64,000 nucleotides of DNA from Amphiscolops sp. MND2022. Lineage: Eukaryota. This document shows, one piece after another, positions 26,101 to 38,949 of this stretch. The translations under genes were made by a program, and so were the position numbers. The notes under the pieces were generated by a model. The model did no database searches. It worked only from the letters and a program-made list of their open reading frames with translations, and was not told where the DNA came from. Numbering within the stretch: position 1 is the stretch's first letter; every line of letters begins with the position of its first letter. The stretch lies in NCBI GenBank assembly GCA_964187785.1, contig OZ076413.1, positions 31,248,001 through 31,312,000 on the forward strand. Direction: 5' to 3'.

Positions 26101-27806
26101 TGGGCATATGGTATTTATCTTTCAAATTGGCAGTATTGAGCGACCTGGAATCTAGTGCAATTTGACGCCTCGCTCCCTCTTGACTGTTATCACGACTGGT
26201 TTTTATGAACATCTCATCGGTTATTTTGTCTGTGCGCTCAATGTGTCCTGCTGCTAAGAGGTTTTTGATTCCTTCATCCACTGCTTTTTGTAATTGTAGG
26301 GGCACTCTTATTCCCTTCTGCTGAGTTCTTTTTGCTCCTTCCTTGAATTCGATTTTAATCGTGTGTTCCACGATTTTCCTTGTCTTTTGAAAATGTTAGG
26401 AAAATTGTTTTTCAGGAAACTTTTTAGTTCTGGTGACATTTCAGTTTTGTTTGTTTTTTATATATTATCATACTCACTGTTGTTGTTTGATTCATCCACT
26501 TTGAAATTCAACTTAACTAGCCAGTCCCTCCCGATAAGTGATTTCTTTCCCTCACGGGCGATCACAATTCTCGCTTGTTTCAGTGTTTGTTTTCCCACAT
26601 TCACGTCTGCTGTAGTGATTCCCAGTAGATTTAGTGGGCGGCCGTTGTAGTCTACCTATTCCTGTTTTTTTGGCAATGGTCTGACAAATATCACGTCTTG
26701 TTGTAAAATTTTTCTCAAATCTCCTGCTGTGAAGATGGTGATTGGAGAACCCGAATCGACCTTCGTTGAGAATTGACGATTGTTTATCTTCCCCTTCAGG
26801 TCAAAAGGTGGCGTTCCGTCTCCATTTACATGTAGTACCACGTTCTTTGCATCTTTTCCCGTGCTGCTTCCTGATTGGTCCGTTTGTTTATCGAATAAAT
26901 TCCTTCTCATTCTGCCAGTAATTGTTTTTCTGGCCGATCCTCCAAAATTGGTGGTTTTTGGTTTTTTGCGCATATGTGCGAAATGACCAATTCCTCCGCA
27001 GTATTGGCTTTTTTCTGTTTTGGCTTTGCATTGGGATAAGGGGTTTTGAGAAAATTCCTATCCGCATCGTGTACACGGGTTTTTCGGTCTCTCGTTTTTT
27101 GCGTAAACTGGTTCTGTTTTCACTTCTGATCCTCCTCCTAAGCTCGTTTGGTTTGTTGGCTTATGCCCTCTTCGAACGCTACTGCGAATCTCGGCGCTTC
27201 TTCTGGTTCGTCTTTTGGCTCAGTGCATAGGCGTTGTTGAACCGTCTTGTTCTTCATACTCTGAATGAACGCATCCATTATGAGGCTGTTCGTCTGTTCT
27301 CCGAATTCACATCTGAACGCTAGTCCTGTTAGTACATTCCAGAATTGTCTCAGTCACTCGTTTGACTGTTGTTTCCTTGAAAAGAATTTATATCTATCAA
27401 GGGTGCGTTATCTTGGCTTTACAAACGTTTGATCGCAATTTTCTTTCATTTCTCTTAATGTGGCTGTTGCCACCACCATATGCGGGAACTTGTCGGTGAG
27501 GTTCTTCCTTCCGACTGACCCCAGTGATAGGAATAGTATGCTGATGATTTTCCTTTCAGCCGCTTGTTCGTGTAAGTTGTTTAGTGGTGCTGGCTGTCGG
27601 GGTTGTTGTTCCGTCGGTATTCTTGTTAAATCTGGGACTGAGATTGAATATTCTGCGTTTACCGCCATCAAACAAGTCCGACCATCTCTCCCATTCAGCT
27701 TTAGGAGGACATTCCGCCACATTCAAATAACTTGGCAGTCCCGCCAATGCTGACAAGCCGCCCGCTGACGTCTTCCCGCCCGAGTCTATTTCATCTCCCA
27801 GCACCA

Positions 27807-28025
27807 TGTTGAAGATGAATCTCAATGCTGCCTTCTACTCTTCGAACACTGTCTAACGACGAATCAAAAGATGATAGTTGACAAGAAATGTTGTTATTAA
27901 CTGTTTTTCATCAAGACCTTGTGGCAACTAATGTGATGTATTTTCTGTCTTGATATATTTATGTTTGTCAACAACTATTCTTTTTAATTAAGTCAGGGTC
28001 AGTTCGACAGTCTAGCTCTCTCACA
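27807..28025 (-). repeat. 5' LTR of the Gypsy element (219 bp)
   Basis: Direct repeat of 22939-23153, adjacent to the PBS. Confidence 0.9.
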
Positions 28026-28319
28026 ATCAGGTTACTCTGATTTGAAAAAATCAACAACATCGTCAGGTCAAATTTTTTCTCCAAAGATGAACTTCACCAG
28101 AAGAAAAAGACTAAAAAGAGAGTTACGATGGACTCCGCGTAATTTCAACTCGCCTAATTACAAACTCCGTCTAATTGCAACAGATATCTGTCGAAAAAGT
28201 GTGATTCAGCGCCGCGTAATAGCAATTTCTGAGAAAGGTGAACGAAACAAACATCGTATTTCAGTTGTTGTAAAAGTACCAGCTCAGCAATAATAGTTGT
28301 AGAAGACATCAAGTTGAAA

Positions 28320-29130
28320 TAAGTCACGGTCAGAAATTGACAATTGTGGATAAACTTGACAATGGAACTTTAGTAATAGATCTTGTGAAAGACTTCAAGA
28401 TGGGCAGAAGCTGCGCTCACCGGATAAAACCAGCAGCTTCCGAATTGCGCAAAAGCAAATTTGAACAAAATTCTCACTATTAAACGTCAAAAGAAAGATT
28501 TGATTTATTGTTTACACAGATAAGAGCGAAAAATTAGCGGGTCACTTTTACCTGAGAAATTTAGCCACTTCGGCGCAAGTCGACAAAGTAACCTTCTGTT
28601 CCAACTTTTTACTGGATTGAGTGGTTTAAACTCGACGTAACATTTGCTTCCCAGAAATTACAGAGAGACGAAATCGACCAACTCCGCTGCTGCCAACGAC
28701 TTGTTGGACAATTCAAGGCAAAAACTTATCCAATATTTTTCTGACAACTAGACTTATCTCGCTGATGCACGATGAAATTGTTTATTTGCGTCAAAAAAAC
28801 TGTACAGAAAAAATGTACCTTGTTGGGAAAAAAGCAAAACTCAACAAAAACAATTCCAGTTAAATGAATTTGGAATGAAAAAGCCTGAAGACATCAGTGA
28901 TTTGGCAACCACCAATATTACAGATATTGGACAGAGAAATGCAAGAAAAAGCAAAAACGATTGTGTTTTTATGTGACACTGTTACTTTACAGGATATTAC
29001 AGATCTTCAACTTCAAAATTTTTCCGTCTCGATTTTCACTCCAAATATCACGTCGCTCTTTCACCTTAGATCAAGGCATCATTCGGTGTGTCAGAATGTA
29101 CTATCGAAGCTAGTCTTCACGTCAATTAAT
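28320..29130 (+). pseudogene. pogo/Tigger (CENP-B-like) transposase remnant
   Basis: KLTIVDKLDNGTLVIDLVKDFKMGRSCAHRIK (psq/CENP-B HTH), WIEWFK, and the frameshifted DDE motif PNITSLF-x-LDQGII at about 29041-29085. Confidence 0.75.
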
Positions 29131-29854
29131 TGTTGTCCCCAGACACTACAGTTGATGAACTTGCAAAACAATTGATAGTTTAAAAGCCATGCTAATGTTA
29201 CAACGGGCATTTTTTATAAACCCACTGACTATCCAAAACTGTTTCAACTAGCAGGTATATTGACTTGTGTTTCGACAGACAATGTTAATGTCGACGATGT
29301 TATAGAGAACGTTCACCAACAATCAGCTGATCTGTCTCTTCCAGTTAACGTGCCATCTGAAGCCATTGACTGCGACATTGCTTGTTTCGGGGAGCAAACA
29401 GACGCATAATATCTACAGAAGATCACATCAAAGAAACCACCGACGTTGAAAGCGACGACGGGCCTTTTGCTTTTGTCCACAATCCTTCTGCGTCAAAGCA
29501 CTTGCAATTGTGTATCAGCAAAAGAGCTTGTTCGGCCAATTTGTACGTTAAATTGAGAAGCTTGACTCTATGAAACTTGCTATTGTATTTGATGGGAACA
29601 TTTAACAAGTTAAAAACCAATTTTTGATCCTAATAGTTATTTGGCTGTGCTTCCTTGTCTGTTTCGTAACTCTGCCTGATTGCAGACTCCGCTCAATTGC
29701 AACTATCCTAGTCGGTCCGACGGGTTGGCAATTAGGCCGAGTCCACCGTAGATAGATGGATAGATAGAGAATAAATGTTCTGCCAGACTTGGAAAATGTG
29801 GAGATTGTGCCAGTTGTAACAACTTGAATACGAACGAATTTTTCAATTTTCCCT

Positions 29855-29975
29855 AGTCAGCTATCTTCACATACTCCTAGTGCCCTAAATGCAGGAGCAA
29901 AGAGACGTGCCATATGGCCATGCCTCAATGTTGCTAATCGACGAAGGGAGCGAAGCGACCGAACCATGCAACAAA
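29855..29975 (+). repeat. Interspersed repeat family 'agtcagctatg...gagcgaagcga' copy 3
   Basis: Same core as 15535, 20648 and 34945. Confidence 0.8.
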
Positions 29976-32900
29976 AATGATACGTATTTTTTTGGACTTG
30001 TGCAACCCAAATTTATTTTTGGACTTGTGCAACCTGTGATGATTGACAGTTCTTTTACAACACGAAACCTTGAAAACTAACCTGATTGACAACAACTTTT
30101 GTCCTCTTACATAACAGGCTGGTGTTTTCGCGTCTGGTTCGGACTTTGTTCGATAACAAAGCCCTTACAAATCTTTCATATGGAACTTGTAAAACTCGTA
30201 TGTAGTAAAGCCATTCATGTAAATGATTGCTATTTCATTTGATATCACTACATCTTGAAATTAACTCTTCGAGTTTTTCACTTTTTACTGTCGTCAGTAA
30301 AACAACCCAAATTTATTTTCGGACTTGTGCAACCCAATATTAATTTCGGACTTGAAAATAGCCGCCACAAAAAGTCATGAACTCTGCTTTTTGGATGCAG
30401 TTTTTCTCAAATGACCATGCGCCTAATTGAAAACAAAGGCATTTTCTTTAGTGAACTTTCAAATCAGGAGCTTTACGGGAAATTTACTTATAAATCAAAA
30501 CATCATGTTATGTTCGTTGTTGTATGATCTACCAAAGTATCATGCTATTAGGTGCTGTTAGTAAAAATTATATTTTTCCAAATAATCATCAGTTGCCATG
30601 ATCAAAAATTTCTGAAAACTTTTTGTTCTCTTGTGTCAGTTAGCTAGATTGATGTACTTCTATACCAAATTTTGTCTTTTTCCAAAATAGCCCTGGAAAT
30701 AAATTGTCTTCAGAAGATACAAGATACTCTTTAGAGATGCCCTAAAGTATTTCGAGAGACAAAATGAGGACAGGCTTGCCGGGATCAGAGTTGAAAGCGG
30801 GCCCAAACATCCCGGTCAATGCTTTTGAAACTCCTACTATTAGACAGAAATTGAATTTAATTTGGACCCTTTTTGTTCTACACCTATCGAAACACAGACC
30901 CGGTTCGGTTCCAACTCTGGCCGGGATGTGTGGAAGAGGATCATGAGGAAGTGATTTTGAAGATTTCACCTAGAATAAAGTTGAGAATAAAGTCTCTAGG
31001 CTGCTTGAAGACAATGATGCGAATCAAAGAGAGATTTTTGAGATGATAGAAAATTTGTCTCTCGACGTAACCCAGCGATCGAAGACACGCTATGCTTGCC
31101 AAGATCATGGTTAATCTTGCTAAATCATGGTTACCCATGGTGCCCTTGTCAAGATCATGGCAAATCATGATACATTGAACGCTTGTCAAGATCATGGCAA
31201 GATGATGGCAAGATAACCATCGTAAAACATATGAGCTACACGACATAGTAAAGTTTTCGGGGACTTAAGTTTTCGGGGACAAATTTGCAAAAATTCTTGA
31301 GTAAAATTCATACCAGGGACCGGCAGACGGTTCGAACGCCTTAGCTATTAGAATCAGTCTTTACATCCATGGAGCAACCCGGGAAACTTATAGGCATTGA
31401 TCAGAAGCCCAAAAAAGAGGAGCTAACCTGAACTTCTTCAAACCTATATGACAAGGTTAATGACTGTCAGAACAAAAAAAATAAAAGATAGCACAAAATA
31501 ATAATGAAATGATAAAAATTCTTACTTGAATGTCTTGTTTGGCTGCTGAGAAAGAAGAAAACAATGTGCCACAGTTGGTGACATGTAAACTCATTAAAAT
31601 CAAATGTCAATATTTCGGCTTGCAGCCGGCTTTTCTTGAAAAATTAAAAAACTGCAGCTAGAAAAATGAAAAATAGTAACTGCATAATTAAGTAGAATTG
31701 ATCTAGTAAATTTGGAGCAGAATTTTGAATCTCAGAATGAACACTTCCTCAAATTCAACGTTCAAGCTCTGCATTCAGTATGTTGGTGTTCAGAATGCAT
31801 TAACGTTAGCTTAGTGTGTCAATTTCAGACGGTAACAAGCAAAACATGCTTTTGAATATTTGCAGTAAAACGTGCAGGTATCCTGACCAAAATTCAAGAA
31901 CACCACTATATGAAACATTAGCGACTGTTTTGCAACGTACAATAATCAATTTGTATATACGTTGCAATGACGCGAACTGTTGCTATAAAAGTCTGCAAGC
32001 TTTGACTACTTTCTCACATTGAACCTCATGGCACTTGAATATCCAAAACACGTGTGAACGCTTGTCAAGGAATAAAGTGGCATATTTCTTTTAGCTTTGA
32101 ACATTTGAAGCATTTTACTACTGAAAGACCACCGAAGATCGTGTTCCCTATAATGAATAAGTAAACTTGTTCACAATTTTACAAAATACCCTGCAGGTTC
32201 TATGGAACTTGAGTTCAGAGGATTTCTGCAACAATTATGAGTGGGTTGTGATTGTCAAAAGTGAAAGAACAAATCTAAAAAGTCAAAAACAGACAGCTAG
32301 CAAGCTTTCCCCGGAGTTTCCATGCTTCCGTTAATTAGAGTGTCAATACAATGAACCAGAAGTTTTGCTGGTGCGCAAATCAGTGCTGTCAAGTTTTCTC
32401 CGTTGATCATTCTGCCAGATTTCTTTCGGTTTTTACCGGGTGCATGTTTTCATCAATTCTTTAGTCGGTATATCAGCAACTTCTTCATACACTCTAGTCG
32501 AGATTGCTTGAACTTTTTAAATGCTGCATGAAAACTGCTAATTTTTTCCAAACATGGAAAATTCAGGGAGCATACATGAAAAAATTTTGTAGGATTTTAC
32601 TTCTTATGCACGCATGACAACTTCGGCCATTTAGGGACCCTACATGGAAGAACGTTGCAGAACTTTTCTGCATCATACAAAATCTTGAAAGGTTTTTGAA
32701 AGTTTAATTCAATGACAATCTTAAAATGAATAAATGCAGTTGAGAGGCGTTCAGAAAAAAATGCCTTCCCAAAATATTATTTTTTTCCGGAAAGCGCTTC
32801 AAAAGTTGTTATATGTGATATATACACTCTCTACTATGATACTGACCCTCTTCTCTAAAATATACTTGTTTTTTTGAAACTCATCTCAAAAATTATTACG

Positions 32901-34777
32901 AAAACTCGGATGCAAAAGCAACATTCCAAACTTCCCATAGCTCTACTGACGCCAAAAGAAGAGCGCACCAGCTTCTAAGAATGAGTCACACTAGTTTTGA
33001 GCAAGCTGTTACTCAATGTGAACCGGTTTCCGGTGGTGAAGTGAAACAAAAAACCAATATTAACCAACACTATCACCAAAATGGCAATGACCTGAACAAG
33101 TTTTTGACTTTTGAGGAGTTACCACCAACACCGTCAAAGAGAAAAAAGTGAAGATGAAAAATGAGGAAGGATTCGTATTCTAGACATCTGAAGTTTTTGA
33201 GCATTGGATCATCGATTTTTAGTTGGCATTGGGCGTTCCCCGAGTTCAGCAGTTTTTCACGCATATTCACTTCAAGATAAAACAGACATCTAAAATCTTA
33301 CTAGAGTTTTTTAGACTAGTAAGTCTATCCTCCGTCCATTTTATATTTAATTTTGTTTGAGTTTAATTGTTGAGACCCGAAATCGAATGGCTCTACTGGC
33401 TTACAAAAGATCGAACCAGTGCAAAACTTGATCATCTAACACTCTTATTCCACTCTTCCAGTTTGGAATCCAAGTTTATGCAAAACTTTTTGAACTACCC
33501 CATCAAGAAGATGTTGTTGGAAAATCTCAATAATACAAGCATAAATTCCGCTCAGCTGCAAAAAAAACAATTGCCAATTACTTGGAATGGTATCACAGTC
33601 GAGATGATCACTTCAATTTCAAATCAAACGTTGCAGCTTCTGAAACTCTCCCATGTGACACTTAATAATTAAAGAACCAAAAATCCATCACTTGGAGCAT
33701 TATCCATCTACAGAATTGAAGACCTCTTGGTTTTTGGGAAACCATTTAACAATTTCTTTGTTCAATCGACTGCTAACGAATTCACATTTTAATCGCCGTA
33801 ACGTACAGTTCCCTTCTACGCCGAATAAATTCGCTAATTGAAACTACAGGAACTTTTTACATGCTGCAGGCATGCACGCAGAGTAATTTTTTATAAAACA
33901 TAGAAAATTCAGACTGCGTGCAGGGAAAGAAACTTGTAAAAGTAAACTGCAGCATGGAAAATTCTGGCAGCAATTCACTGCGCGTTAAAAAAAGTCACTG
34001 CAACTACATAATTTTTGAAAAGAGTCCCTGAATTATTTTTCTTTCGCGAACGTCAGCGCACGCGTTAATTATCGTTAAAAAACTCTCAACATTGTCACTA
34101 GGCTAGAAATACTGATTTATCTCTGAAGTTGTCTGTAAAGCTAAAACCTTTACTAAGAGCGATTTAAAAAACGAGAAATGAATATGAATTAAAATGAGTA
34201 TTAAGAAAATACAACCTAAAAATTGAGAAAAGAAGCATTTTAATGGTATGGCAAATTATTGAAAAGCAACATTTCTTGAACTCCGCCGATGTCAAATGCT
34301 GATCCCAACAACTTTCGCGGGTTAACGTTCTAATTAGAGTTCAAAAAAAAGACATCCCGAGTAATTTGTTCTCTCCCAAAAAGAAAACAGGCTGGTCATT
34401 TTCAGCTATTATAACAATGTTATGATTTCAGGCTGTTTATGGTCTGTCGTCATAAAAGTGTAATATCACAGGCTGATCATGCAAACCCGTCATACACGTT
34501 TATGCTTGCAAGTGCACTCAATATTGGACTCCCTAGTGCTCCAAGCCTGCATGCAGGGTAATATTTTATACAACCTAGAAAATTCAGCATATACAATTAC
34601 ACTGCATTTTCCACTACTGCAATTAAACTTGAAAATAAATTCCACTATTTACCGACACGATCACTTTGTTTTAACTCTTCGTTGGCTCAACTACTGCTGT
34701 GATCACCGCTTCTTGAATACCACGCTAAACATGACGCTAATTTAGAGTTTATTACGCGACTGAAGTTATTTTGCATC

Positions 34778-35221
34778 GGGAGCGGCTCACTAAGCAGACG
34801 GTTCACTAAGCCGACCAAATAAATTCATTCTCAGCGCGTGATTAAATTCATTCTCAACGCGCGATTAAATTCATTCTCAAATTTGATTGGACAAATACAC
34901 ATTCCAAATAGTAATACATGTAAACAAAATAGCGTCAATCGAACATTACGATAACGTAGTCAGCTATGGTCACATACCTCTAGTGCCCTAAATGCAGGAG
35001 CGAAGCGAAGCGGAGCGACGTGCCATATGGCCATGCCTCAATGTTGCTACTTGGCGAAGGGAGCGAAGCGACCGAGCCATACAACAGATATGCTAAACTC
35101 TTTAAGGAAATGAATTTATTTAATGACATGTTTTGGTCGGCTTAGTGAACCGTCGGCTTAGTGAACCGTCGGCTTAGTGAACCGTCGGCTTAGTGAACCG
35201 TCGGCTTAGTGAACCCCTTCC
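34778..35221. mobile_element. Mutator-type MITE (444 bp) with TIRs built from 16-bp units
   Basis: 9-bp TSD TTTTGCATC (34769-77 and 35222-30). The left arm has 2 inverted copies and the right arm 5 copies of gtcggcttagtgaacc. It contains copy 4 of the agtcagctatg family. Confidence 0.8.
34945..35100 (+). repeat. Interspersed repeat family 'agtcagctatg...gagcgaagcga' copy 4
   Basis: Same core as the other copies, located inside the MULE-type MITE. Confidence 0.85.
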
Positions 35222-36050
35222 TTTTGCATCAAATTAGTGGTAAAACTGATAGTGCTTTTAAAGTTATTGCTGCTGCTTAATGAAACCTGCAAAACTTCAC
35301 GGTTTAAAATTGCCGCCAACACTTTGATGAATCTTTCAAGCAGCTTGATAAAAGTTAAATACAACAGGAAAATATTTCCGCATGAAAGTTTCCAAAAGAG
35401 TATTGGAAAATCAATATAAAAGTTGCTGGCAACATTAAAGTACATACAAAAAATTGAGGCAGTTTCAACAAGGTCTATGAATTCAGTCTTTAGCACGGGT
35501 CCGCAAAAATTTTTGAAAATTAATTTTTACAATTTTTTACTCAAAAAGAATTATACAATTAATGGAAAACATAATGGCATCATATTCAATAATGGCAATT
35601 AATCGTTTTCAAAAATTAGGTTTTATTCATTAGGGCGAGTTTTCCAATAGTTTGTCCTTGATAATTTGGGTGAAACTAGTTGCAATTAAAATGCCGCTAT
35701 GACGTAATTTTCTGTTAATGAAAAATCATTATTAATATCCTAGAAAAATACTATTAATTTTAAAGGAAAAGACATGAAATTGACTGAAATGTACCGAAAT
35801 ATAAATAAGGGAAAATAGTGGCATCATTAGAAACAAATTAATTGAATTTTCAGACATGAAAACTTCAATATTGGAAACCCATTAATGGAAATCGATTTCC
35901 CTACCATTAATTTTTGCGGACCCCTGGTCTATAGTATGTATGACATATAAGCTTAACATAAATAATAAAAATAGTAAACTAAATTTATAGGTAGTCAATT
36001 AATGCTAGTATTTATAGAACTAGTGAAACTTCATTTACATACAAGCCTTT

Positions 36051-37400
36051 TTAGTCGGCGTGTGTTCCTTTTAGGGAAAAATGCCCGACTATAGCAAAAT
36101 TTTTTAAAATCGGCGTGTTTCTAGTGAAAAGAGCCCGACTGTTACAGTGACTAGTTTTTTAGTCGGCGCTTTTCTAGTGAAAAGTGCTCGACTAATACAG
36201 TGGCTAGTTTTTTTCTTTTTTTTCGTCAGACTACAATCTCACTCTGATTGGGCCACTTTTCTTACAATCGAAACTACTAAACCTACTACGATAAGGCCAA
36301 GTCCGGTCAGCGGAAATTAGTGCAAAGGGGTCCTCCCCCTTTTCATTTTTTACTTTTTTAACGTATTCTACAAAACCGGACGAGACTAAAGGGTCCCCCC
36401 TTTCGATTTTTTTTTCGGAATTGTGCGACTTTTTCCGAAAGTTTTTTAATGTCTCAAAAGAGTCCCCTTTTCAAGTTTTTTGATATTTTGCAACAGAATA
36501 TATGTTAATAAAGCCCAAAGGGTCCCCTTTTATATTTTTCGGCACTATGCGACATTTTCTGAAAGAAAAATTTTTTTGAAAACTTCAAGTTTCTTTTACA
36601 AAAAAATGTTTTGCGCTTTCTGAGCCTTAGATATAGCGCCGACTTTAGACGTTCCCGTCTTGTTTTTAGTCGGCGCGTTTACCTTTTTTTTCTTCTTCTT
36701 CAGACTACAATCCTCACACTGATCGGTCCACTTTTTAGAAACAATCCTGAAACCACCTGAGGCCAAGTCCAGCCAAGGTAGACTTAGTCCAAAGGGTCCC
36801 CCTTTCATTTTTTCACTTTTTCAAGGAAACCTACAAAACCGGTCGTGCCTAAAGGGTCCCCCCTTTGGATTTTTTTCCGCGCGGTGCGACTTTTTTTCGA
36901 AAAAAAATTTTAATGTTCCAAAAGGGTCCCCCTTCGAGTTTTTTCATATTTTGCAACTGAATGTATGTTAATACATCCCAAAGGGTCTTCCCTTTTACAT
37001 TTTTCGGCACTATGCAACTTTTTTTGAAAGAAAAATTTTTTTCAAAAATTACAAGTTTTTTCCAAAAATTTTTTTTTTGCGCTTTTTGAGCCTAAGATAT
37101 GGCGCCGACTTTAGACGTTCTCGTCTTGTTTTTTCAGACCATATCACTCACACTGATCGGTCCACTTTTTAGGAACATTGCTGAAACCACCTAAGGCCAA
37201 GTCCAACCACGCAAACTTGGTGCAAAGGGTCCCCGTTTTCGTTTTTTACTGTTTTAAGGTAACCTACAAAACATTTTTCAGCACTATGCGACATTTTTCG
37301 AAAGAAAAAAATTCAAAAATTTCAAGTTTTTTTCCAAAAAAATGTTTTGCGCTTTTTGAGCTCAGATATAGCGCCGACGTTAGACGTTCTCGTCTTTTTT
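36051..37400 (+). mobile_element. Head-to-tail array of three HINE-like units
   Basis: Units end in gatat(a/g)gcgccgac(t/g)ttagacgttc(c/t)cgtctt at about 36660, 37130 and 37395. The second unit restarts with tagtcggcg immediately after the first. Confidence 0.65.
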
Positions 37401-37930
37401 TCGCAAACAAGAACTGAACTAATATTTTTGGCATCTTATGCTACCCTAGTCGAGGTTGCTTGAACTTTTTACATACTGCATGGAAACATGCCGGCTAGTT
37501 CTTTCACAAAACATGGAAAGATCCGCGAGCCTGCAGGCAAACATTTTGTAGGATTGCAATGCAGCCTCCACTATTTGAATTAAAACTGAAAACATTTTCA
37601 ATTCTTCACCACCGCGATCACTTTTGTCTTCACGCGTCAGTTTCTCAAGTAAGCGCCTTATGTAATCACCGTTAGTCAACTAGCACGCTGAATATGACGC
37701 TATTTTGAAACTTAAAATGTGACTAAAGTTTATTTGCACTTAAACCGCGGTTAAATTGAGGAAGGTCTCAACTGCTCTCAAAATTAGGACGACGTCTTAA
37801 TGAAACCTGCAAAACGTTGCGGCGCGGATTTGCCGCCAAATTTAGGATGCATCTTATAGACAGCTTGATAAAATTAAATCAAATCGGGCAAGTTTTAATA
37901 CATAGACGTTTCTTTAAGAATTTTATAAAA

Positions 37931-38539
37931 TCATAGAAAATTAGCTTGGTAACCTAGAAAAACATGTAAAAAGTTCAAGCAGTTCCAACTGTAATGACTA
38001 CGACCTGCAATATCTCTTAAATCACATGCAGACTGTGAGTCCTTCTTTGCAAATTTTGATTTAAACCCGGATGAACATTCCCTGTTTTCCTGGCTATTTG
38101 GTGATACACTAGCCTCAGTGTCCCTGTTTCCTGAAGAGGACATAGAACTCACAATGTTCTGGATTTCAGGAATAACCCTTTCTGCAATGGCATTACTGAT
38201 AGCCCTATTTATTTGGCTATGCATCGTGGACATCATTGAGTCCATTTCTTGTGATAGTCTAAGATTGAATTCATTTGAAAAGGTCTCAAGGGATTGTCTA
38301 ATATCATCTTGCCCAGGAAAGTTATTTTCATAAGCAAAACTAGTATACTGATTTCCCAAGTGTTCATTCGACTCCACGTCTCCCTGTGCTGATGATTGTT
38401 CAATAGCATCAGTTAATTCTCTTTCTATGGGATTGCTACTCCCATTTCCTAACATCACGTCCATATTTTCTATATCGGACAACATGTCCATCTCTCTAGA
38501 TTTTCTAGCCTTTGCTTTCTGGCGTCTGGTAGAAGGCAT
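37931..38539 (-). CDS. LTR-encoded gag-like N-terminal ORF (183 codons inside the solo LTR, reading out into the flank)
   Basis: Uninterrupted ATG ORF MPSTRRQKAKARKSREMDM... with a helical segment (FSNEFNLRLSQEMDSMM...ERVIPEIQNIVSS). It crosses the LTR end at 37990. Confidence 0.55.
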   Translation of the reverse strand: MPSTRRQKAKARKSREMDMLSDIENMDVMLGNGSSNPIERELTDAIEQSSAQGDVESNEHLGNQYTSFAYENNFPGQDDIRQSLETFSNEFNLRLSQEMDSMMSTMHSQINRAISNAIAERVIPEIQNIVSSMSSSGNRDTEASVSPNSQENRECSSGFKSKFAKKDSQSACDLRDIAGRSHYSWNCLNFLHVFLGYQANFL

Positions 38540-38749
38540 AAGAGATTATTGCAAGAGTAAAGAGTTTGAATTGGAATCTTTGGGCTTGCAAACAGAGTTT
38601 TATTCGATTATTCAACACCGAACTGACTATGATTTCTTGTAGGAAAATTATGTCCCCGGGACCACGGGTCCCGGTTATTTATAATTAACCTTGCATGACA
38701 TGCATAATATTGAGAGTCATCAGTCTAGTTTTAGTAACAAACATTCTAT

Positions 38750-38949
38750 NNNNNNNNNNNNNNNNNNNNNNNNNNNNNNNNNNNNNNNNNNNNNNNNNNN
38801 NNNNNNNNNNNNNNNNNNNNNNNNNNNNNNNNNNNNNNNNNNNNNNNNNNNNNNNNNNNNNNNNNNNNNNNNNNNNNNNNNNNNNNNNNNNNNNNNNNNN
38901 NNNNNNNNNNNNNNNNNNNNNNNNNNNNNNNNNNNNNNNNNNNNNNNNN
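38750..38949. other. Assembly gap (200 N)
   Basis: Run of N. Confidence 1.

Larger units (their letters stand above)
22939..28025 (-). mobile_element. Full-length but degenerate Ty3/Gypsy LTR retrotransposon
   Basis: Visibly diverged LTRs at 22939-23153 and 27807-28025 (TG...CA), TSD ATCAG (22934-38 and 28026-30), PBS-like TGGTGCTGGGAGAT (27806-27793) and PPT AAAACAGGGGA. Fragment order is gag, PR (KVDSGS), RT (FIDDILV), RNase H (CDASQEGLG, YSINELE), IN (IALDFAGP, RTDPAT, NGKIER). Many frameshifts. Confidence 0.92.

Noticed and set aside
35132-35217. CRISPR-like look of the 16-bp repeats
   Set aside because: The units are contiguous with no spacers, there are no cas genes, the context is eukaryotic, and they form a MITE TIR arm.
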